DNA from: a virus
Taxonomy: Duplodnaviria; Caudoviricetes
Virus record (IMG/VR): IMGVR_UViG_3300027741_000080
Location: 1 to 55,398 of that record
DNA: 55,398 nucleotides
Reading direction: 5' to 3' (one strand)
The translations under genes and the position numbers were made by a program. Positions 44,692-52,741 of this stretch are shown one piece after another; position 1 is the stretch's first letter, and every line of letters starts with the position of its first letter. A model generated the notes under the pieces. The model did not search any database, was not told the DNA's origin, and saw nothing but the letters and a program-made list of their open reading frames with translations.

Positions 44692-45573
44692 ATGGGTAAA
44701 TTTAAAACGCAAATTAAAATTGGTGGAAACTCAAAAACTAGAGGCAAAGGTCCTATGGACAAGCCTATTGTTTCTACTTCTCGCCCCGCAGATACTTGTG
44801 CAGAAGGTTGTCTATTTAAAGGTTTAGGTATTGACCATAAGCCTAGCGAAGGCGGAACCTCATGCTATGCGGTTAACAAGCCTGGTGGCGGTCCTAACTT
44901 ATTCCAAATTGCAGAGAATAAAGGCGAAAGCGATACTGCTCGGGCTTTTAAAATTCTTGCACGTAATACTCCTGCCGAAGCAACGGTTCGTCATCTTGAA
45001 GCAGGGGACATTAAAACTCCTGAAGAGGGCGATGATTACATTGAGCAGGCTAATAAGTTCCATGCTGACATGCCTAAGACTAAAGGTTACGGGTTTACCC
45101 ATAACCACCCTAATCTTGACCCAAATTCAGTAGAAGGTTGGATGTTACGTGCATCTACTGAAACTCGCGATCAGGCTGAGGCTGCCTCTGCTAAGGGTTG
45201 GAATACAGTCATTGAGTCCCCAGCAAATGACATGTTGTCCTCACGAGGCGAGCGTATTGCAGGAAAACCTGTTCGTCAATGCCCTGCTCAAACTCATCCA
45301 GAAAAAGTTGGGTGTGCTAACTGCAGCATGTGCCGTAATGAAAACGTCGTAGTTGAGTTTCAAATTCATGGCACAAGCAACAAAATTAATGAGCAACGTA
45401 TTAGGGATGTCCGCCATGCAGAGCGTGACAGCACAGTAGACCTAGGAATGCCGTCTATGCCTGCACGACAATCAGTTACAGCATCACCTAGCCCAGACGG
45501 TGACTCAACTGATGTGGATAAGCCTTCACGTAACAGTGGGTTTATTACAGGATTTTCAGGAAGGAATATTTAA
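44692..45573 (+). CDS. GP88-like Cys-rich (radical-SAM-related) protein
   Basis: TC.EGC...CYA, RHLEAGD, YGFTH, CPAQ...CANCSMC...F.IHG. Confidence 0.65.
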   Translation: MGKFKTQIKIGGNSKTRGKGPMDKPIVSTSRPADTCAEGCLFKGLGIDHKPSEGGTSCYAVNKPGGGPNLFQIAENKGESDTARAFKILARNTPAEATVRHLEAGDIKTPEEGDDYIEQANKFHADMPKTKGYGFTHNHPNLDPNSVEGWMLRASTETRDQAEAASAKGWNTVIESPANDMLSSRGERIAGKPVRQCPAQTHPEKVGCANCSMCRNENVVVEFQIHGTSNKINEQRIRDVRHAERDSTVDLGMPSMPARQSVTASPSPDGDSTDVDKPSRNSGFITGFSGRNI

Positions 45574-45920
45574 TGCCAAATTTAACAAATGGCGTATATT
45601 CCAATCGTCCTTGGATTGCCCCACCAGAAGCTGCGTATCCTCCACAAGCTTATATTGGCCCTTTTGCTAGTAATCAAGAGCAGAATCTAAGCCAGGCTAT
45701 GGCAGTATTGACTATGTCAAGTGAAGATATTCAACAATACGTACGTCCCAATCTTCCACAGATTCAGCTATTCCCACCAAGGTTTGGGTACGAAGACCAT
45801 GAATACAGTATTGATGACATGGTTAACCTTAATGTTCCTGTTACTGAGCGGGTTGACACCCCTAACCCAGCAACACAGGCCGAAAGTTCATCCCGCAACA
45901 CGTTAGGATATGGTATTTAA
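45573..45920 (+). CDS. Hypothetical protein
   Basis: TAATG coupled. Confidence 0.7.
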   Translation: MPNLTNGVYSNRPWIAPPEAAYPPQAYIGPFASNQEQNLSQAMAVLTMSSEDIQQYVRPNLPQIQLFPPRFGYEDHEYSIDDMVNLNVPVTERVDTPNPATQAESSSRNTLGYGI

Positions 45921-46516
45921 TGAGTACCCCAGACTGGAAAAAAAATAATTACGACCTTAGTATTAATGTTCCTCAATCTAACATTGATACGCTTAACTCA
46001 AACCAAACGTTTGAGGGTAACGTAGCCCATTACAAAAAATCTGGCCTTGACCCAGTAAGTCGTGAGGCTATGAACCGTTTTTACGGAGTAGACCGTGTTA
46101 AAGGTGTCTTTGGTGACGCAACACCTACTACTATGACACCTGGACGTGGTGGTGACCCAGACAGTCCAAATAACCGAGAAAACAGAGCAGACGAGCCTGA
46201 AAGTCAACGACCAAACGCTCGCGAAGATCGCGGTCCTACAGTTCCCCAAGACCGTGGGCCAAATCCAAACCGTGTTCCACCAGTGCGTGGCATTACCCCG
46301 TACGTGCCTCCAGCAGTTGGTCCAGCAGTGTTACCTCCTCCACCAACAGTGCGTGTTCCACCTACAGCAAGTATAACTCCAGGACCAACTACCCCAGCAC
46401 CTACGCCTAGCGCTACTTCTCGTTTTCCAGGAGTTAACATACCTACTAAACCATTAAATACTCCAGCACCTAACGCAAATACGCGCGAAAATCGCGTTAC
46501 ATCACTAATGGCTTAA
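45920..46516 (+). CDS. Hypothetical Pro-rich protein
   Basis: TAATG coupled; low-complexity C-terminus. Confidence 0.65.
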   Translation: MSTPDWKKNNYDLSINVPQSNIDTLNSNQTFEGNVAHYKKSGLDPVSREAMNRFYGVDRVKGVFGDATPTTMTPGRGGDPDSPNNRENRADEPESQRPNAREDRGPTVPQDRGPNPNRVPPVRGITPYVPPAVGPAVLPPPPTVRVPPTASITPGPTTPAPTPSATSRFPGVNIPTKPLNTPAPNANTRENRVTSLMA

Positions 46517-46517
46517 C

Positions 46518-46751
46518 ATGGCAATTGACCCAGGTTTAATGACAGATTCTACAGGTAGCGGCATGGCTGGTGGTACAGATGTTGGCGTATTTACCCAAGA
46601 AAGATTGAAAAATACGTACTACAATAATAGTAAGCCTTGTATTGAGTGCGGTCTTAATTTAGACCCGTACCATGCATTGCATAATCAATATTGTGCAAAT
46701 TGTAGTAATCGCAAGTTTTACAAACACGTAAAGAACGGAATGGTGTCCTAA
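46518..46751 (+). CDS. Small zinc-ribbon protein
   Basis: CIEC...CANC. Confidence 0.7.
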   Translation: MAIDPGLMTDSTGSGMAGGTDVGVFTQERLKNTYYNNSKPCIECGLNLDPYHALHNQYCANCSNRKFYKHVKNGMVS

Positions 46752-46957
46752 TGACCGTACCATATCGCCGCTCGCCTAATGCAGAGCTAAATGAAGGATC
46801 AACCGATGGAAAATACCGAAAGCGTCGCCCAAATACAACAGTCGCTGCTGGCATGGGTGACCAGTCTGTTGTAGCCAACCGCGCTGGTTTGCATCCATAC
46901 ATGAATTACGGATTTATTAACTCTGAAGACCCACAAAAGGTTAACCCAGGTAAATAA
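46751..46957 (+). CDS. Hypothetical protein
   Basis: TAATG coupled. Confidence 0.7.
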   Translation: MTVPYRRSPNAELNEGSTDGKYRKRRPNTTVAAGMGDQSVVANRAGLHPYMNYGFINSEDPQKVNPGK

Positions 46958-46959
46958 AA

Positions 46960-48039
46960 ATGGGTAGTAGAAAACTATCCCGCACACTTAGGGATTCTCG
47001 CGAAGCCTGGGATAGCGCAGGATCAACGTATGATGATCCTGATGTTGGTGCGCAATGGTCACACCGTAAAGACTCTGAAACAGGCGCTATGGTGTATTAC
47101 ACACCACAAGGTAAAAAGTATGTTCCAGAGAATCCAGCTCGTGAAAGAACTGTAACAGCTAATCCTACCCCTGTTGTTGGTCCTGATAGGCCAGCTTCTA
47201 GAGCATCTGTATCTGGTGACCCTAAAATAACTACCCCAAAACCTCGTGCAGAAGCATCTCAACTTGTAGAGACTATTGAAAGCGTAGACCCTCAAGCAGG
47301 AATGAGCCATCTTGAAAGACATAAAGCTCGTACAGCAGAAATTGCGCAAAAAAACGCAGAAAGACTTGCTAGAGAACAAAAAATTACAGGTGCACCATCT
47401 GAAAAATCTAAACCTAAAAAAATGGTTACCAAAGAACTTAAATTTAAAGGAACTGGTCCAGATGACCCAGAAGCAGGTACATTTGTAAGTGATATGGACA
47501 TACCTGACCCAGAGCCAGAGCGTACTAGAACTGCTACTGTTAATGAACCAACCAAAGGTAGAGCAAAATTTAAACCTTCCAAAGCTGAATCAACTCAAAA
47601 AGCAGCTCTTGAAAAGGGTAGTGCATCCGATTACTGGTTAAGTACTATTGGTAAAGAAAGTAAACCAAAAGAAGCATCAGAAACAACTGGACGAACAACT
47701 ACTGGTCCTCAACGTAAATATGATGTAGCTCCACAAGGTGCTGTTAGTGACTTAGGTGTAAAAAACGAAGCTGGCAAAGACGTTGGTGGTTTTTGCATTA
47801 ATTGTGACAAGCCTATTCCAGGTGTTCAAGCAGCAACTCCTGTAGGACAACGTAGGAGTTCAACAGGACATATGATTGCAGTATTTGCTGAATCAAATAA
47901 AGGACATGACAGGGGTATATTTAAACCGCGTGATGACACTTTATGTGCAGAATGTACTCCTATGAGCCAAACAGTAACAGCAGAAGGCGCAAATAAACTG
48001 GCTGAAAAGTTTAACGTCTCCCGCACCACAAGAGGATAA
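46960..48039 (+). CDS. Largely disordered protein with C-terminal zinc finger
   Basis: Charged/Pro-rich; CINC...CAEC. Confidence 0.65.
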   Translation: MGSRKLSRTLRDSREAWDSAGSTYDDPDVGAQWSHRKDSETGAMVYYTPQGKKYVPENPARERTVTANPTPVVGPDRPASRASVSGDPKITTPKPRAEASQLVETIESVDPQAGMSHLERHKARTAEIAQKNAERLAREQKITGAPSEKSKPKKMVTKELKFKGTGPDDPEAGTFVSDMDIPDPEPERTRTATVNEPTKGRAKFKPSKAESTQKAALEKGSASDYWLSTIGKESKPKEASETTGRTTTGPQRKYDVAPQGAVSDLGVKNEAGKDVGGFCINCDKPIPGVQAATPVGQRRSSTGHMIAVFAESNKGHDRGIFKPRDDTLCAECTPMSQTVTAEGANKLAEKFNVSRTTRG

Positions 48040-48065
48040 TTAAACCTTTATGCTAAAATAGTGTT

Positions 48066-48611
48066 ATGGACTTTAATAACGCTATAGATTTAGGTGCAAA
48101 AGTTAATCAAGACGAACCTATGATTCGTGTATTGGTATGTCGTAATTGCAAAACAATTGAAGAATTGCCAGATTATGATGGTGATCCAGCAACCGATACG
48201 TTGCTAAACATCCTAGTATCTAAGCATCAAAAGCCTGTTGAACACATTGGTATTCTTATGAAGTTTCCGTTTAAATATTGGGCTGTGCCAAAAATTCAAG
48301 CTGAAATTGTTAAACAGATTAAAGGTGGTTCTGAAGGCCTAGATGCCTTTCAAACTAATTTTTATGCCACTAAAAATCAATTTGCAGAAGACGCTATGTC
48401 TTGCTTTTCAGAACATTTGCGCCCAAAAGGACAGTGCCCAGACTATAAATCTGATAAAAAACTACTTAAACCTGATACTGACGCTGACCGTAAAGAGGCA
48501 GGTCTTGAAAAAGCGGGCAAAACTGGCCCTAAAGTCTATTTATGTGACTTTTGCCCAGTAAAATCCTTTAATATGCAGAAGTCTAACGCTGAGAAGGGGC
48601 TATATAAATAG
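48066..48611 (+). CDS. Hypothetical Cys-rich protein
   Basis: CRNC, C..H...C, CDFC; extended -10 box 6 nt upstream. Confidence 0.7.
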   Translation: MDFNNAIDLGAKVNQDEPMIRVLVCRNCKTIEELPDYDGDPATDTLLNILVSKHQKPVEHIGILMKFPFKYWAVPKIQAEIVKQIKGGSEGLDAFQTNFYATKNQFAEDAMSCFSEHLRPKGQCPDYKSDKKLLKPDTDADRKEAGLEKAGKTGPKVYLCDFCPVKSFNMQKSNAEKGLYK

Positions 48612-48665
48612 CCTTAAAGTAGTAGACTAGTAGTACACAATCCAAATTACAGGGGTGATTACCAC

Positions 48666-48869
48666 ATGTACATAGAACTAGTTTGCTCCTGCATGGCGTC
48701 AATTAGCGTTGAGCTTGATAAAGGTCGTGAAGATGCTGGTTGGTTACTTGTTGGTAGATTTTCTGCTGCACATGTAGTATGTGGATTAGTAAGCCCGCTT
48801 CTTGAGCAAAAAGAAAAGCCAACTAAAATATTTAACATTAATGCAAAACCAGAGCAGGATAGTCTGTGA
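48666..48869 (+). CDS. Small hypothetical protein
   Basis: GGGGTGA RBS; CSC...H..CG; GTGA overlap. Confidence 0.6.
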   Translation: MYIELVCSCMASISVELDKGREDAGWLLVGRFSAAHVVCGLVSPLLEQKEKPTKIFNINAKPEQDSL

Positions 48870-49792
48870 ATTATTACGAGACACTTGCTAGCCAAGCCGA
48901 AGAAATTAATATTGAACCAGGCGAAACATCCTATTTCAGTGATTCTAAAAGTAATTTAGACCCACGAATATTTCGTGAAGGTGTGCTACTACCTTCAGTT
49001 CGTGACGCTATCCTTACATTGTTATATAACCATTTAGCCCTTGGTTACAATGAAGCGTCAGCATGGTTAAAGGTATATTTAGCAGGTTCAGGTGTTTCGT
49101 ATAATTGGGCTGCTCACAGAACTCCAGCCGATCTTGATTGCTTAGTATCTGTAGATTATCCACAATTTAGACAATCTAACCAAGAATACAAAGGTTGGTC
49201 TGATTCAGAGATTTCAGCAGAGATTAACCAAGGATTTAGAAACGAACTTCACCCCCGTACTAATAATTTTTTAGGCGAATACGAACTTACGTTTTATGTT
49301 AATACCAATTCGGACATTACTGCAATAAAACCATATGCAGCATATTCAGTTCTTGACAACTCGTGGGTAGTTCCACCTAGCGTTATGGAACCCCCAACTG
49401 ACCCAGAATGGTCATCAGCAATAGAGCGTGACAAAGTAAAAGCTGCTGAAATTGTTAATAGATATACAACAGCGCATAATCAAATCAAGAATGCAGCCAA
49501 TGATGCCATGCGAATCAATGCTGAAGCTGCGCTAGCTGTTGCAGTGCAACAAGGCTCGGCTATGTTTGAGGATATTCATACTTCACGAAATACAGCATTT
49601 AGCCCAGCAGGTCAAGGATTTGCGGATTTTTCAAATTACCGTTGGCAAGCAGGAAAACAAAGCGGGGTTGTTCCTGCATTAAAAGTTCTGCACGACATGT
49701 CAAGTGAAGCAGCCTCACGTTTTGCAACTACTACTTATGGTGTAGAGTTACCTGATACAAGCACACTTATTAGACGGGCTTATCGACCATAG
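48866..49792 (+). CDS. Pol-beta superfamily nucleotidyltransferase-like protein
   Basis: YLAGSG.SY.W......DLDCLV (GS..DxD) and ELTFYV. Confidence 0.7.
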   Translation: MNYYETLASQAEEINIEPGETSYFSDSKSNLDPRIFREGVLLPSVRDAILTLLYNHLALGYNEASAWLKVYLAGSGVSYNWAAHRTPADLDCLVSVDYPQFRQSNQEYKGWSDSEISAEINQGFRNELHPRTNNFLGEYELTFYVNTNSDITAIKPYAAYSVLDNSWVVPPSVMEPPTDPEWSSAIERDKVKAAEIVNRYTTAHNQIKNAANDAMRINAEAALAVAVQQGSAMFEDIHTSRNTAFSPAGQGFADFSNYRWQAGKQSGVVPALKVLHDMSSEAASRFATTTYGVELPDTSTLIRRAYRP

Positions 49793-49835
49793 TGTGATAG
49801 GTTAGATCAACAACAGATACTACTTGGAGAACAAA

Positions 49836-50552
49836 ATGAAACAGAAAGATACTGTAGCTATTGGCTGGTGCCACGCTGGTGAAATTGACACCGAATTCGG
49901 CCTTAGTATTATGCAGATTATTAGAGATGAGCCTAAACGTGTAGGCGATTTTTTCTGCGTTGAAGGCTTAGGATTACTGGCTAAAAGTCGTAATATTATG
50001 GTCAAGCATTTCCTTGATAATACTAAGGATGACTGGCTACTTATGCTAGATGCAGACGAACGTATTTCCCCACATACGTTTAGATTATTAGTTGAAACTG
50101 CAGATCAATATGTTCGACCAGTTGTTGCAGGTCTATATTTTGCAGCCTTGTGGGAAGGTCCAAGCTTACGCCCAGTCCCATTGATTTTTAAAGCGGACGC
50201 TGAAACAGGGTTACAGCCTTGGGATGACTACCCAGAGAACTCAATAATTCAAATTGCTGCCGCAGGTACAGGTTGTCTTTTAATGCACCGTACAGCCCTA
50301 CAGAAGCTTCGTGACGAGGTTGGGGAAGAGCAGCGTGACTGGGCATGGTTCTTAGATGGACCTATTGGTGGCAATAAATGGCTATCAGAAGATTTAACAT
50401 TTTGTTCAAAATTGCATAGCAATGAAATACCTATGTTTGCACATACAGGGGCTATCCTGCAACATCACAAACGTATTTGGGTAGATGAAGCGCACCACCG
50501 TGGTTGGTTAGCCAACAATGAGGCTGGGACAGGGCTGGATCAATTAAAATGA
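49836..50552 (+). CDS. Glycosyltransferase family 2 (GT-A)
   Basis: SRN..V..FL, WLLMLDAD (DxD), GTGCLL, SEDLTFC, H.K. Confidence 0.85.
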   Translation: MKQKDTVAIGWCHAGEIDTEFGLSIMQIIRDEPKRVGDFFCVEGLGLLAKSRNIMVKHFLDNTKDDWLLMLDADERISPHTFRLLVETADQYVRPVVAGLYFAALWEGPSLRPVPLIFKADAETGLQPWDDYPENSIIQIAAAGTGCLLMHRTALQKLRDEVGEEQRDWAWFLDGPIGGNKWLSEDLTFCSKLHSNEIPMFAHTGAILQHHKRIWVDEAHHRGWLANNEAGTGLDQLK

Positions 50553-50674
50553 CAGGTCAATATGAAGATGAATATGAAGAAGTATGGCAATTATGTGAAA
50601 AATGCCATACCCTTTTACCCACTGTGACGTATTCCCCTGGCTCAGGAAACTCGTGTGATTCATGTCGGTCTTAA
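50549..50674 (+). CDS. 41-aa zinc-ribbon microprotein
   Basis: CEKC...CDSC; ATGA overlap with the GT2 stop; not in ORF track. Confidence 0.6.
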   Translation: MTGQYEDEYEEVWQLCEKCHTLLPTVTYSPGSGNSCDSCRS

Positions 50675-51120
50675 TTTTTGTAGACGGCATTATGCGTAGA
50701 GACCGCGATCAATCCATTATTATGGAAGGCGCAGCCCTTTACAAATCTTTAAATGAGACTAACCGTGTCATTCTTATTTGCGACGACGCAGAACGTACTG
50801 ATATTTGGCTTAAAACTAATAATTTAGGCAAAAAATTAGATGATATTGTTGCAATTATTGATACTCCTTTAGATAACCCACGGCTATTAACTATTGAAAC
50901 TTTGCGTAGCAAAGGCAAAATTGATTACGTGGTTACAGAAGACACAGAATTGGCTAAACAATTAATTGAACGTGGCATTACTACTTTAGTATTTCTTAAT
51001 CCAAGATATACTCGATCAGAATTTAGACCAGATGGTCGAGAAGGTATTAAAAGTTGGGCTTTAATTAACGAAGAATTAGACCGTCAACAGGGGATATATG
51101 ATGAGGACCCTAGGTTGTGA
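50662..51120 (+). CDS. HAD-fold (PNK phosphatase-like) protein, catalytic motif degenerate
   Basis: VLIFVDGIM (FxDG instead of DxDG), T..WL..N, YVVTED......L...GI..L. Confidence 0.55.
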   Translation: MSVLIFVDGIMRRDRDQSIIMEGAALYKSLNETNRVILICDDAERTDIWLKTNNLGKKLDDIVAIIDTPLDNPRLLTIETLRSKGKIDYVVTEDTELAKQLIERGITTLVFLNPRYTRSEFRPDGREGIKSWALINEELDRQQGIYDEDPRL

Positions 51121-52667
51121 GACTAATTTATCTGGGTGCAGATGTACCTAGTAATCGTGTAATTATGGAAACAATGGGTGTTAAACACGTAGGTGTATCT
51201 TTTTGGAGACTTACTAAACGCGGATTGCCTAAAAATAAACGGTATATGCTAGAAAACTATTTTCCTTCCTATATGAGTATTCACATACATCCTGGTATTC
51301 CAGATGGCACGTTTCTCACTGAGGTAGAAATGGAAGAGTTTGCTGTAGCCTACGAAGACTTTCTAGCCCATAATATGGACAGGATTGCCTCATTTACAGA
51401 AATAACGCATCCAATGATAGCCAAGCGGGCTCTTTACACGCAGCGAGAAGCTGCTTGGTCAGAAGAGGAAAAGTTTTGGGCCACTATTAGAGACGATAGT
51501 TCTTACTCTGAAATTGTGGATTTATGCCAACAATACACAAACGTAGCAATTCCTTATGACCTTATTGAGTCTGATGTGTCATTATCAGCAAAAACTAGGT
51601 CATTATCTAATCAATACGGAACTACGTTTCATGCGTTAGCCTGTGCCAAGCCAGATAATTTGCGACAAATTAAAGTAGCGTCAGCAACTACACAGTCTTG
51701 GTTATCCCCTATGATGCGTGGAGAGACCATTGTATGGGATGGTAATAAATTAGTTAGATATCCAAAAAAGATGAAAGAACAAGCCCGCCCAAGATATAAA
51801 GCAGTGTACGAGAAAGCAGGCTTGGACTTTGATAAAATTGTACAAGACGACCCAGTTGAGGTGGCTAAACTCGCCTTGTGGTCTTATGACCAATTTGAGG
51901 AGAGATTTAATATGGTAAATAATCCATTCATGTCCGAACAAGATGATGACGATGATGAGTTTACTTCTGAAATTAAAGACTTTATAACAGGTAAAACCCC
52001 AGAACTTGACATAAGCCAGTTATATTATAACAGTGCTGAAATGCATAGTGCAGGAAACGCGGAAACTACCCCCGTTGTACATGATAAGAGGGGGGGTAAC
52101 ATGCGGAAACTTGAACATAGGGATAGTAACGAAATGGTCACCTTACCTGTGTTTGCAACAGAGATTAAAACTATCGTAGAGCAAGATGAAAGTGGATATG
52201 ATGTTATTAAAGATGTTCCACTTATGCGGTCAAATGCAACCAGTTTGCGTATGTGTGATACGTGTTTTGTGGCATCAAATTGCCCTGCGTTTAAACCTCA
52301 AAATAACTGTGCATTTAATCTTCCAGTAGAAGTAAAAACAAAAGACCAGTTAGTTGCACTGCTTAATGCTATTATTGAAATGCAGGCACAACGTGTAGCA
52401 TTTGCAAGGTTTTCTGAAGAATTAAACGGCGGATATCCTGACCCTAACACAGGTCAAGAAATGGATAGACTGCTTAAGTTAGTTAAAAACGCTAAGGACT
52501 TGCAGGACACTTCATCATTTATTAAGATGACTGTTGAAGCCAAAAATGGAGGCGGAGTTCTTAGTCAAATTTTTGGAGAAAAGGCTCGCGATTTAACCCA
52601 ATTACCAAATAATGGGTTGTCTGAAGATGACACTACAAATGTTATTCGAAGGTCTATCGAGGACTAA
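51117..52667 (+). CDS. Degenerate TGT/DpdA-like TIM-barrel fused to a Cys4 + helical C-terminal domain
   Basis: Architecture LIYLGA..GV..V.VSF / YEDFL / Y.NVAI / FHALA / SW.....G....WDG matches phage TGT-like proteins; C-terminal CDTC....NCP......C. Confidence 0.55.
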   Translation: MRLIYLGADVPSNRVIMETMGVKHVGVSFWRLTKRGLPKNKRYMLENYFPSYMSIHIHPGIPDGTFLTEVEMEEFAVAYEDFLAHNMDRIASFTEITHPMIAKRALYTQREAAWSEEEKFWATIRDDSSYSEIVDLCQQYTNVAIPYDLIESDVSLSAKTRSLSNQYGTTFHALACAKPDNLRQIKVASATTQSWLSPMMRGETIVWDGNKLVRYPKKMKEQARPRYKAVYEKAGLDFDKIVQDDPVEVAKLALWSYDQFEERFNMVNNPFMSEQDDDDDEFTSEIKDFITGKTPELDISQLYYNSAEMHSAGNAETTPVVHDKRGGNMRKLEHRDSNEMVTLPVFATEIKTIVEQDESGYDVIKDVPLMRSNATSLRMCDTCFVASNCPAFKPQNNCAFNLPVEVKTKDQLVALLNAIIEMQAQRVAFARFSEELNGGYPDPNTGQEMDRLLKLVKNAKDLQDTSSFIKMTVEAKNGGGVLSQIFGEKARDLTQLPNNGLSEDDTTNVIRRSIED

Positions 52668-52741
52668 CTCTTATAATATAAGAGACTCCCGTTCCACTAT
52701 GGAACACCACTTTAGTAAATCACTCACAAATAAGGATAGGT

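Noticed and set aside
52668-52741. Cobalamin riboswitch or NrdR box upstream of nrdJ
   Set aside because: Leader is too short for a cobalamin riboswitch and has no convincing NrdR-box match
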